A stretch of 64,000 nt of DNA from a virus. Lineage: Duplodnaviria; Caudoviricetes. Under the pieces are notes generated by a model. The model did not search any database and had not been told where the DNA came from. It worked only from the letters and a program-made list of their open reading frames with translations. The translations under genes and the position numbers were made by a program. Location: the IMG/VR virus record IMGVR_UViG_3300017764_000001. One strand, given 5' to 3'. Below, piece after piece: positions 10,582 to 20,112 of the stretch (position 1 is the stretch's first letter; the number at the start of each line of letters is the position of its first letter).

Positions 10582-12527
10582 TGGCACTTAATCCCTTTTT
10601 CCTACAAGGTTCACAGAGTGAACAAAGACTCATTCAAGAGTTAATTAATGAGCAACTTACAATTTATGGTGTCGAAGTAATTTACTTGCCTCGTAAGATA
10701 GTAAATCAAGATACAGTTTTAAATGAGATACAATCATCGAAATTTGATGATAATTTTGCTATCGAGGCATATGTAAACACCTATGAGGGATATGGTGGAG
10801 CCGGAGATATCATGACAAAATTTGGAATGAGTTTAAAAGATGAACTTACCGTAACCATTTCAAAAGAAAGATATGAAGATTTTATTGCTCCATTTTTGGG
10901 AGAATTAGATGTAAGTAATGATGATGAAATTAATGTTATTGGTAGACCGAGAGAAGGTGATTTAATATATTTCCCATTAGGTAGAAGATTATTTGAGGTA
11001 AAATTTGTTGAGCACGAACAACCTTTTTATCAGTTAGGAAAAAATTATGTTTATCAATTGAAGTGTGAACTCTTTGAATACTCTGATGAACTTGGTGGAT
11101 GGGATCAACTCAGCACCACTACAGAAGAAATTGATAGCGTTCTTGAAGATCAGGGATACATTACTTCCATATTAATGATTGGAGCAGGAACAACTGCACA
11201 GACTATCGGACACACAGCAACTGGATATGTAAGACAGATATTTTTAAATGATGATGGATATGGATATACATCTACTCCAACTGTTTCTATTTCAACTTCT
11301 CCGAATGGAAATCCTTTAGCTAATGCAGAAGCAATTGCCATTACGACCACATCAGGGAATATTCAGTCAGTAAAAGAAATTGTATTAACAAATGCAGGAT
11401 TTGGATATACTGAAGCACCTACAATATCAATTGTAGGAGGTGGTGGAACTGACGCAATGGCAACATGTTCTGTAGAAACCACAGAATTTGGTATAGTCAG
11501 ATTTACTATTTCTGAACCAGGATCAGGATATCCAATATCACCAGTTGTTGCAATAGGAACTCCTACAAGTGCTGGAGCAGCTGCAACATCTACAGTCGGT
11601 TCTGGTGGAACTATTACTGGATTTACCATATCTACTGGTGGAAAGTTTTACGGAACTTCTCCAAATGTTACAATCGCAGATCCATCAACAAGAGTAGGTG
11701 TTGCTAGTATAATACAAGTATCTAATTCTGCAGGTAATTCAGTTAGTCTCCCTTATGGATCTGGATACTCCGATGGAACTTTTGAAACTTCAGGTGGATC
11801 TGGAAATGCATTAAAAGTTGACGTACAGGTCAATACTGGCACAGATCAGATAGGAAACACTCCATCAATTGTTTATGGTGGACATGGATATTCTGTAAAT
11901 GATGTCGTCCAAATTGTTGGTGGTAATAATGATGCTTACTTAAAGATAACTGCAGTCACGACAGGAACTGGTTCTACGGCAACCGCAAATTCTATTATAA
12001 CAAATGGTGTAGTTACTGGATTTACAATTACAAATCCTGGTAGTGGATACACGACACCACCAACAGTAAGTATTGCAAATACTTTTGGAGATAAACTTTA
12101 TTCATCCTCAGGATTAACAACGGCCGTTGTAAGAGCAAATGTTTCTGCTGCAAATACAGTAACTTCAATTCATATTGTAAATCCAGGACTTGGTTATGAT
12201 CCATCACAACCAGTGACAATAGCAGATCCTCCTACTACAGGAATTGGAACATTTACCTTTAATGAACTTGTTACGGGTTCTATTTCTGGTGCAAAAGCTA
12301 GAGTTAAAACATGGGATAAAACCAATAAAGTTCTTAAAGTTGGAACAACTAATGGGACATTTGTTCCTGGAGATGTTATTGTCGGATCTGCATCATCTGC
12401 AAAATATTCTGTCGATCTTATTCAATCTGCAGAATTTTCTGATAAATACGATAAAGGTGATGAAATAGAAACATCAGCAGATACCTTTTTGGACTTTACA
12501 GAAACTAATCCGTTTGGTACATATTAA
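10581..12527 (+). CDS. gp14: Neck protein gp14 with a long G/T-rich repeat insertion, 648 aa
   Basis: N-terminal MALNPFFLQG..EQRLIQELINEQL..P.EGDLIYFP..LFEVKFVEHE.PFYQLGK; C-terminal DFTETNPFG. Confidence 0.9.
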   Translation: MALNPFFLQGSQSEQRLIQELINEQLTIYGVEVIYLPRKIVNQDTVLNEIQSSKFDDNFAIEAYVNTYEGYGGAGDIMTKFGMSLKDELTVTISKERYEDFIAPFLGELDVSNDDEINVIGRPREGDLIYFPLGRRLFEVKFVEHEQPFYQLGKNYVYQLKCELFEYSDELGGWDQLSTTTEEIDSVLEDQGYITSILMIGAGTTAQTIGHTATGYVRQIFLNDDGYGYTSTPTVSISTSPNGNPLANAEAIAITTTSGNIQSVKEIVLTNAGFGYTEAPTISIVGGGGTDAMATCSVETTEFGIVRFTISEPGSGYPISPVVAIGTPTSAGAAATSTVGSGGTITGFTISTGGKFYGTSPNVTIADPSTRVGVASIIQVSNSAGNSVSLPYGSGYSDGTFETSGGSGNALKVDVQVNTGTDQIGNTPSIVYGGHGYSVNDVVQIVGGNNDAYLKITAVTTGTGSTATANSIITNGVVTGFTITNPGSGYTTPPTVSIANTFGDKLYSSSGLTTAVVRANVSAANTVTSIHIVNPGLGYDPSQPVTIADPPTTGIGTFTFNELVTGSISGAKARVKTWDKTNKVLKVGTTNGTFVPGDVIVGSASSAKYSVDLIQSAEFSDKYDKGDEIETSADTFLDFTETNPFGTY

Positions 12528-13375
12528 TGTTAGGGACTTATTACTATCATGAAATAATGAGAAAAACAATTGTTGCCTTTGGCACGTTGTTTAATCAAAT
12601 TTATATTCGTCATGATGATAGATCAGGAAATACTTACAGTGATTTAAAAGTTCCTTTGGCATATGGACCATCTCAAAAATTCCTTGCCAGGTTGGAGCAA
12701 CAGGAAGATTTGAACAAACCAGTTCAGATCACTTTGCCAAGAATGTCGTTTGAGATGAATAATATTCAATATGATTCTACAAGAAAGGTTGGAATAACTC
12801 AAACATTCAAAGCTGTTGATAAAAGTAATGCGAATGTTAAAAAAGTTTTTATGCCTGTTCCATACAATGTTGGATTTGAACTTAATATTCTCACAAAATT
12901 AAATGATGACGCCCTTCAAATAGTAGAACAAATACTTCCATATTTTCAACCATCATTTAACGTTACGATTGATTTAATTAGTTCTATTGGAGAAAAAAGA
13001 GATGTTCCTATTGTTTTGGATAGTATATCTTTCCAAGATGACTATGAGGGAGACTTTTCAACAAGGAGAGCATTAATTTATACTCTTAGATTTACCGCAA
13101 AAACTTATCTGTTCGGTCCTGTTGCCGATAGTTCTGATGGTCTCATTAAAAAAGTTCAGGTGGATTACTATACAGATACTAATACACAAACTGCCAAACG
13201 TGAAATGAGGTATACTGCGACACCTAAGGCATTAACAGATCAAAATAATGATGGTGTCGTTGATACAGCAGACGATGCCCTACTTGGACCAGATGATGAT
13301 TTTGGATTTAATGAAACAACTACTTTCTTCTCAGATTCTAAGACTTATAGTCCAACACAACAAAAAGATATTTGA
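12527..13375 (+). CDS. gp15: Tail sheath stabilizer / tail terminator gp15
   Basis: MLGTYYYHEIMRKTIVAFGTLFN..VPLAYGP.QKFLARL..TLPRMSFE. Confidence 0.93.
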   Translation: MLGTYYYHEIMRKTIVAFGTLFNQIYIRHDDRSGNTYSDLKVPLAYGPSQKFLARLEQQEDLNKPVQITLPRMSFEMNNIQYDSTRKVGITQTFKAVDKSNANVKKVFMPVPYNVGFELNILTKLNDDALQIVEQILPYFQPSFNVTIDLISSIGEKRDVPIVLDSISFQDDYEGDFSTRRALIYTLRFTAKTYLFGPVADSSDGLIKKVQVDYYTDTNTQTAKREMRYTATPKALTDQNNDGVVDTADDALLGPDDDFGFNETTTFFSDSKTYSPTQQKDI

Positions 13376-13381
13376 TAAATC

Positions 13382-13768
13382 ATGACTGATAATGATATTA
13401 ATGACATTGTACCAGTTTCTGGAGAAATTGTCCCAGAAAATAAAGATATTCAAAAAGATTATGAATATACAAGAGCAAATTTGTATTCTTTAATTGAAAA
13501 GGGTCAAGAAGCTATTAATGGTATCATGGAACTTGCCGGGGAAGGAGGAAGTCCAAGAGCATATGAAGTTGCCGGTCAACTTATCAAAAGTGTTGCAGAT
13601 ACAACAGATAAACTGGCAGATCTTCAGAAAAAAATAAAAGATCTTGAAGAGGACAGTAAAAAGACCACAAGTAATGTTACCAATAATGCCGTGTTTGTTG
13701 GTTCTACATCTGAACTTCAGAAAATGTTAAAACAAGGTTTTCTAAATAATAATATGGATCCAAAATAA
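13382..13768 (+). CDS. gp16: Terminase small subunit gp16
   Basis: DYEYTRANLYSLIEKGQEAI..PRAYEVAGQLIK..NNAVFVGSTSELQKML; lies between gp15 and gp17. Confidence 0.88.
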   Translation: MTDNDINDIVPVSGEIVPENKDIQKDYEYTRANLYSLIEKGQEAINGIMELAGEGGSPRAYEVAGQLIKSVADTTDKLADLQKKIKDLEEDSKKTTSNVTNNAVFVGSTSELQKMLKQGFLNNNMDPK

Positions 13769-13771
13769 AAG

Positions 13772-15004
13772 ATGTCGAAGTGTAAGACAGGTTACTATTA
13801 CTGTTATACAGACAAAAAATGTAAACCAATCTCTAAGGGTTTAAAAGTAACTGCCAGATTTTCTGGTGGTGGAAAAGAACCCGAAGAAGTTGGTATTGAT
13901 AAACCGCTAAATGGAAATGGAAATCACTCAAATGGCAATGGAAATGGGAGCGGGATCTCTAATGGTGGCTCTAATGGAGGCGTCAGTGAAGGATCGCTTC
14001 ATAAATGGTTTAAAGGATCCAAATCAAAGGATGGTAAAGGTGGTTGGGTTAATGTCGTCACAGGTGGGACTTGCGCCAGTGATAAACCAGGAGAAGGAAC
14101 ACCAAAGTGTGTTTCTTCGGCAAAACGAGCAAGCATGAGTAAGGCAGAAAGACTTTCTGCTCAGAGAAGAAAGAAAAAAGCAGATCCAGGACAACAACAA
14201 AAATCTGGTGCCGCAAAACCAACATATGTCTCTACAGATTCTAAAAAGAAAATGAAAAAAGAAGAAGTTGAAGTAACAGAAGCAAAGGACAAGAAGGGTA
14301 AAGGTAGTGGTACAAAAGATGCCTGCTATCATAAGGTAAAGTCTAGATATAGTGTTTGGCCCTCTGCATATGCCTCAGGTGCCCTTGTAAAGTGCCGTAA
14401 GGTTGGTGCTGCTAATTGGGGCAATAAGTCTGAGTCTGTGGACTACTCTAACTGGAGAGACGATTTTAAGGCAATAAATTACGAGTTCATTGATCTTATT
14501 AAACCAGAACCTTTAACGGGTGAAAAAATTAATGAAGGGCAGAAATGTTGGAAAGGTTATGAGAAGAAAGGAACCAAAAAAATGTTTGGTAAAACCTACA
14601 ATAACTGTGTAAAGAAAGAAGAAACTGAAATTAAAGAAAAGAAAGATCCTTGCTGGGATACTCATAAACAAGTGGGTATGAAGAAAAAGAATGGTAGAAT
14701 GGTTCCTAACTGTGTTCCTAAAGAAGAATTTTCTGATTGGAGATCTGAAATTGAAGAGGGGGCTGCCTGGACAAAAAAGTCCGGTAAGAACCCTTCAGGT
14801 GGATTAAATGAGAAGGGTCGTAAGTCTTATGAAAGAGAAAATCCTGGTTCAGATTTAAAGGCACCATCTAAGAAAGTTGGTAATAAAAGAAGATCATCAT
14901 TCTGTGCTAGAATGAAAGGAATGAAGAAGAAACTTACTTCTTCCAAAACTGCAAATGATCCAGATAGCAGAATCAATAAGTCATTGAGGGCTTGGAACTG
15001 CTGA
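13772..15004 (+). CDS. Mosaic Lys/Cys-rich protein made of short modules (DUF5872/DUF6321-like), 410 aa
   Basis: Modules KDACYHKVK..WPSAYASGALVKCRK, two CW.GY/TH..G.KK..G....NCV units, and a C-terminal GAAWTKKSGKNPSGGLN..SFCARM..SLRAWNC. Confidence 0.7.
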   Translation: MSKCKTGYYYCYTDKKCKPISKGLKVTARFSGGGKEPEEVGIDKPLNGNGNHSNGNGNGSGISNGGSNGGVSEGSLHKWFKGSKSKDGKGGWVNVVTGGTCASDKPGEGTPKCVSSAKRASMSKAERLSAQRRKKKADPGQQQKSGAAKPTYVSTDSKKKMKKEEVEVTEAKDKKGKGSGTKDACYHKVKSRYSVWPSAYASGALVKCRKVGAANWGNKSESVDYSNWRDDFKAINYEFIDLIKPEPLTGEKINEGQKCWKGYEKKGTKKMFGKTYNNCVKKEETEIKEKKDPCWDTHKQVGMKKKNGRMVPNCVPKEEFSDWRSEIEEGAAWTKKSGKNPSGGLNEKGRKSYERENPGSDLKAPSKKVGNKRRSSFCARMKGMKKKLTSSKTANDPDSRINKSLRAWNC

Positions 15005-15013
15005 GGTTAATGT

Positions 15014-16657
15014 ATGAGTGAAGTATATCTTGGTAATCCTAATCTAAAAAAAGCAAATACATCAATTGAATTTACAGAAGAGAATGTTATTGAATTTCTC
15101 AAATGTAAAGAAGATCCAGTATATTTTGCCAATAATTATATTAAAATCGTCTCTTTGGATGAAGGACTGACTCAGTTTCATCCATATGATTTTCAAGAAA
15201 AGTTAATTAATAATTTTCATAATAACAGATTTAATATCTGTAAGATGCCACGGCAAACTGGTAAATCCACTACAGTCGTATCTTATCTTTTGCATTATGC
15301 TGTATTCAATGACAGTGTAAACATTGGCATCCTTGCAAACAAAGCGGCAACTGCAAGAGAATTACTACAAAGGCTACAAACTGCCTATGAGAACTTGCCT
15401 AAGTGGATGCAACAGGGTATTCTGTCATGGAACAAAGGTTCAATGGAGTTAGAAAATGGCAGTAAGATATTGGCAGCTTCTACGTCTGCAAGTGCTGTCC
15501 GAGGTATGTCGTTCAACATCCTCTTTCTCGACGAGTTCGCATTCGTCCCGAATCACGTTGCTGACTCGTTCTTTGCATCTGTTTATCCTACTATTACTTC
15601 TGGTAAAAACACCAAAGTAATTATTGTATCTACACCACACGGCATGAATCACTTCTACCGTATGTGGCACGATGCGGAAAGAAGTAAAAATGAATATATT
15701 CCTACGGACGTTCACTGGTCAGAAGTTCCTGGTAGGGATGAAAAATGGAAGGCAACGACAATTGCAAATACCTCCGAACAACAGTTTAAAGTTGAGTTTG
15801 AGTGTGAATTTTTAGGATCCGTTAATACTCTTATTAATCCAGCAAAATTAAAAAACCTTGTATACGAGAATCCCATAAAAAGAAATGCAGGCTTAGATAT
15901 CTATGAAGATCCTCAGGAGGATCGTAATTATTTGATGACGGTTGACGTGGCAAGAGGAATAGGAAATGATTATTCTGCATTTATCGTATTTGATATAACT
16001 GAGTTTCCATATAAGGTTGTAGCAAAATATAGGAATAATGAAATTAAACCAATGCTATTTCCAAGTATCATAAACGATGTAGGAAGAGGTTATAATGGTG
16101 CATGGTTATTAACAGAGGTTAATGATATTGGTGATCAAGTTGCTTCGATTCTTCATTATGATTTAGAATATGATAATATTCTCATGGCATCGATGAGAGG
16201 GCGTGCCGGTCAAGTTGTAGGGACGGGATTTAGTGGTAAAAAATCACAACTTGGTGTCAGAATGACTGCGGCAGTCAAGAAACTTGGATGCTCTAATTTA
16301 AAAACAATGATGGAGGATGATAAGTTACTGACTACAGATTATGAAATTATATCAGAACTTACAACTTTTGCACAAAAGGGAAATTCATTTGAAGCAGAAG
16401 AAGGATGTAATGATGACTTGGCAATGTGCCTTGTCATATTCTCTTGGTTGGTGGCACAGGACTATTTTAAGGAGATGACAGAAAATGATGTTCGTAAAAG
16501 GATATATGAAGAGCAAAGAAACCAAATAGAACAGGACATGGCACCTTTTGGTTTTATAGAAACAGGTTTTGAAAATAATAATTTTGTAGATTCTGATGGA
16601 GATAGATGGTATACTGATGAATATGGTGATAGATCTTATATGTGGGATTATATGTAA
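15014..16657 (+). CDS. gp17: Terminase large subunit gp17
   Basis: Walker A-like MPRQTGKST, Walker B LFLDEFAF, nuclease motifs MTVDVARG and CNDDLAM. Confidence 0.97.
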   Translation: MSEVYLGNPNLKKANTSIEFTEENVIEFLKCKEDPVYFANNYIKIVSLDEGLTQFHPYDFQEKLINNFHNNRFNICKMPRQTGKSTTVVSYLLHYAVFNDSVNIGILANKAATARELLQRLQTAYENLPKWMQQGILSWNKGSMELENGSKILAASTSASAVRGMSFNILFLDEFAFVPNHVADSFFASVYPTITSGKNTKVIIVSTPHGMNHFYRMWHDAERSKNEYIPTDVHWSEVPGRDEKWKATTIANTSEQQFKVEFECEFLGSVNTLINPAKLKNLVYENPIKRNAGLDIYEDPQEDRNYLMTVDVARGIGNDYSAFIVFDITEFPYKVVAKYRNNEIKPMLFPSIINDVGRGYNGAWLLTEVNDIGDQVASILHYDLEYDNILMASMRGRAGQVVGTGFSGKKSQLGVRMTAAVKKLGCSNLKTMMEDDKLLTTDYEIISELTTFAQKGNSFEAEEGCNDDLAMCLVIFSWLVAQDYFKEMTENDVRKRIYEEQRNQIEQDMAPFGFIETGFENNNFVDSDGDRWYTDEYGDRSYMWDYM

Positions 16658-16923
16658 TGATTAAATTTTTAAAATTTTTATTAAAACCTTTAATTTGGTT
16701 AAAAAATATACTTGACCCGAATTGGTGGACAGAAGTAATAGGCAATAAATCTGGAGCATACGCTTGGGCAAGTAAACCAAATAAATTTAAAAAATGGAAA
16801 TTAAAACAACCTTTATGGAAACAAGCATTTATTGAAATTTTGATGTTTACTCTTCTAGCACTAGCATTTGAACCACTATTAAATATGTTGGGTTATTCGA
16901 TGCTTCCGTGGAGATGGTTCTAG
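16657..16923 (+). CDS. Hypothetical membrane protein, about 88 aa (start placed at the TAATG overlap)
   Basis: ATG overlaps the gp17 stop; Trp/Lys-rich with hydrophobic segment AFIEILMFTLLALAFEPLL. Confidence 0.55.
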   Translation: MIKFLKFLLKPLIWLKNILDPNWWTEVIGNKSGAYAWASKPNKFKKWKLKQPLWKQAFIEILMFTLLALAFEPLLNMLGYSMLPWRWF

Positions 16924-17144
16924 TGGATTTTGATAGTCAGATAAATTTAGAACATCTGCTTTTTTATGATAGAGAATGTAGAACTTGCCACAAGACAAAA
17001 AATTTATTGGAGGACTTTTACCTCATAAGAAAAAATAGAGGAGCACTACCATCCTCATATTCATATGAATGTAAAGAGTGTACTATTGATAGAGTAAAGA
17101 GTAATAAAAAGTGTAGTAATGTTTGGGAATATCCTGATTGGTAG
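16908..17144 (+). CDS. Small Zn-finger-like protein (CxxC...CxxC), 78 aa
   Basis: RECRTCHKTKNLLEDFY...YECKEC; a gene of this type is commonly found upstream of gp18 in cyanomyoviruses. Confidence 0.7.
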   Translation: MEMVLVDFDSQINLEHLLFYDRECRTCHKTKNLLEDFYLIRKNRGALPSSYSYECKECTIDRVKSNKKCSNVWEYPDW

Positions 17145-17223
17145 TTCATGCACTGTTTCCCCACTGAAAATACCCCTTTTCCTAAATATTTTTAGGTAAA
17201 TTTGGATTGCGAGGAAAAGCAAG

Positions 17224-19455
17224 ATGCCATTAAATTTAGCATCTCCTGGAATTCTGATAAGAGAAGTTGACCTCACTCAAGGTAGAGTTGATCCAACTTC
17301 CGATAAGATCGGCGGTATTGTCGGTCCTTTTGCTAAAGGTCCAGTAGGTACAGTAACTAGAATTAATACAGAGAATGATTTGGTTGATACGTTTGGACAA
17401 CCATATGACACAGATAAGCAGTATGAGACCTGGATGGTAGCATCCTCATACTTGGCTTATGGTGGCATTATGAATGTTGTCAGAGCAGATGACACCAATC
17501 TTAAAAATGCAAATGATGCTGGTGCCACACTTAAAATTAAGAGTGTTGAGCATTATGAGGAATTAAATTATCCAACGACACCTAAGAGTGGTGCCACAGT
17601 AATTGCCAAAAACCCCGGTTCTTGGGCAAACGACATTAGAGTTGCCATTATTGATGCTCAGGCAGATCAGAGATTAGGAATTGACACTACTGCCATCAAT
17701 GGTGGAACAGATATTCTTGTCGGAATGGGAATTACTCAGACAGTTCCACCCGGAACAGTAGTTTCTAATACTGGTACTGGTGCAGGAACAACTTCATTAC
17801 TTGATGGACATCTTAAAGGAATTATTACAAAGGTTAATACCGGAACTGTAGATGTAAAAGTTGTTTCTCATGTATCTGCTGCAGGAACTCATACTGCTGT
17901 TGATTATAACAACGTTTATAAATTTGTAATTGGATCGGGATCAACTGCGGTTGCTATTCACACTGCCGGAAATTCAGTTGCCTATGGAACAACCGAAGTA
18001 TCATCTGCTATTGATTGGTTCGGAGAGCAAACACTCGCAGTAAGTTCTGAAACTGTCGGTGGAACTGAAACTGTATCCACAGTTAAATGGAACGAATTGG
18101 CAGATGCTCCAGGAACTTCCGCATATGCAGCTGCAAGAGGAGCAAGAAACGATGAAATTCATGTTGTTGTAATTGATGGTAAGGGGGAAATTACCGGAAA
18201 TGCCGGAACAATTCTTGAGAAACATCTCAGTCTTTCTAAGGCATCTGATGCAGAATTCTCCGTTGGTTCTCCATCTTATTGGAACAAGTATTTGGAAGTT
18301 AATTCTGAATATGTATTTGCAGGAAGTGGATCTAATCAAACTCTGGTAAAAACTGGTTTTGATGGTGTAGGATTTACTACATTTACGGATGGTGGATGGA
18401 ATCAAAAGGCAGAAGATGCCGATGGTCCAAACATTTTTAATGCTGCTGGTCCTCTTGATCTTACTTTGAGTGGTGGTAAGAATTATGATGGTCAAACAGA
18501 TAAATCTGCTGCTGGAGCACTTGACTCTGATCTTGGTGATTTAATCACCGGTTATTCACTCTTTGAAAATGAATCAGAAGTAGATGTTGATTTCCTTCTG
18601 ATGGGTTCTGGAAAATATGGAAAAGATAAGACCAGAGCACTTGCAACGAAATTGATTACCATTGCAGAAGCAAGGAAAGATGCCGTTGCATTTATTTCAC
18701 CACATAGATCTGCAATTTTAACTGATACATCAGATGATACAGCAGTAACTGTAAATTCTGTAGAAACTGCAACCACAAATGTAATTGATTTCTTTGATCC
18801 AATCACATCTTCGTCTTATGCCGTATTTGATAGTGGTTATAAGTACATGTATGATAGATTTAATGATGTGTTTAGATACATTCCTTTGAATGGAGATATT
18901 GCCGGTACTTGTGCTAGAAATGACATCAATAATTTCCCATGGTTCTCACCTGCCGGAACTTCTAGAGGAACTATTCTCAATGCTGTAAAACTGGCATATA
19001 ACCCAGGAAAAACACAAAGAGATAGACTTTATTCTAATGAAATAAATCCAGTCATCTTTTCACCAGGATCTGGAATCATTCTATTTGGTGATAAGACAGG
19101 ACTTTCTAAGGCATCTGCATTTGATCGCATCAATGTTCGTCGTCTCTTTATCTTCCTTGAAGATGCCATTGCTGCTGCAGCAAGAGATCAACTCTTTGAA
19201 TTCAATGATGAAATTACAAGAGCAAACTTTGTAAATATTGTCGAACCTTTCCTTCGTGATGTTCAAGCAAAGAGAGGTATTCAAGATTTCATTGTTATTT
19301 GTGATGAAACAAATAACACTGCGGCAATTATTGACAGTAACGAATTTGTTGCTGATATATACATCAAGCCAGCAAGATCGATTAACTTCATCGGTCTGAA
19401 TTTTATTGCTACCAGAACTGGTGTGGCATTTGAAGAAGTCATCGGTTCCGTTTAA
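17224..19455 (+). CDS. gp18: Tail sheath protein gp18
   Basis: LASPGILIREVDLT..GPFAKGP..PWFSPAG..GDKT..FDRINVRRLF..YIKPARSINFI. Confidence 0.97.
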   Translation: MPLNLASPGILIREVDLTQGRVDPTSDKIGGIVGPFAKGPVGTVTRINTENDLVDTFGQPYDTDKQYETWMVASSYLAYGGIMNVVRADDTNLKNANDAGATLKIKSVEHYEELNYPTTPKSGATVIAKNPGSWANDIRVAIIDAQADQRLGIDTTAINGGTDILVGMGITQTVPPGTVVSNTGTGAGTTSLLDGHLKGIITKVNTGTVDVKVVSHVSAAGTHTAVDYNNVYKFVIGSGSTAVAIHTAGNSVAYGTTEVSSAIDWFGEQTLAVSSETVGGTETVSTVKWNELADAPGTSAYAAARGARNDEIHVVVIDGKGEITGNAGTILEKHLSLSKASDAEFSVGSPSYWNKYLEVNSEYVFAGSGSNQTLVKTGFDGVGFTTFTDGGWNQKAEDADGPNIFNAAGPLDLTLSGGKNYDGQTDKSAAGALDSDLGDLITGYSLFENESEVDVDFLLMGSGKYGKDKTRALATKLITIAEARKDAVAFISPHRSAILTDTSDDTAVTVNSVETATTNVIDFFDPITSSSYAVFDSGYKYMYDRFNDVFRYIPLNGDIAGTCARNDINNFPWFSPAGTSRGTILNAVKLAYNPGKTQRDRLYSNEINPVIFSPGSGIILFGDKTGLSKASAFDRINVRRLFIFLEDAIAAAARDQLFEFNDEITRANFVNIVEPFLRDVQAKRGIQDFIVICDETNNTAAIIDSNEFVADIYIKPARSINFIGLNFIATRTGVAFEEVIGSV

Positions 19456-19472
19456 TTTAGAGGTTTCCAACA

Positions 19473-20072
19473 ATGGCAGAACGTTTACAACAAGAAACAA
19501 TTCCTTTAAGGAAGATTAGTGATTTTAAATCTAAACTGACTGGTGGTGGTGCTAGACCCAATCTATTTGAAGTGGTCTTAGCATTTCCTACATTAGTTTC
19601 ACCAGTTAATGAAAATGAAGTTTTACAAAAATCAAGATTTTTGGTCAAGGCAGCAGCTCTGCCTGCATCAACTATCGCACCTGTAGAAATTCCATTTAGA
19701 GGTCGTATTTTGAAGGTTGCTGGAGACAGAACCTTTGAAACTTGGACAATCACAGTCATCAATGATACTGATTTCATGATCAGATCTGCGATGGAAAAAT
19801 GGATGAATACCATCAATAAGTTAGAAGATGCTTCAGGAGTCACAAATCCTGTTGATTATCAATCTGATGCAGTAGTTCATCAACTTGATCGTGATGGGTC
19901 TACTCTCAGGTCTTATAAGTTTAAGTCCATCTTTCCAACTAATATTTCAACAATTGATCTTAGTTACGAAACTACTGATACAATTGAAGAATTTACTGTA
20001 GAAATGCAGGTTCATTATTGGGAAGCATTTAAAGGATCATCTGCTTCAGCTAATGGAGAGGACGTTTCTTAA
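19473..20072 (+). CDS. gp19: Tail tube protein gp19
   Basis: GGGARPNLFEV..LPASTIAPVEIPFRGR.LK.AGDRTFETWTITVIND. Confidence 0.96.
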   Translation: MAERLQQETIPLRKISDFKSKLTGGGARPNLFEVVLAFPTLVSPVNENEVLQKSRFLVKAAALPASTIAPVEIPFRGRILKVAGDRTFETWTITVINDTDFMIRSAMEKWMNTINKLEDASGVTNPVDYQSDAVVHQLDRDGSTLRSYKFKSIFPTNISTIDLSYETTDTIEEFTVEMQVHYWEAFKGSSASANGEDVS

Positions 20073-20112
20073 GGATAAATAGTAAGACAACAGACTAAAA
20101 TAAAATTATAAT

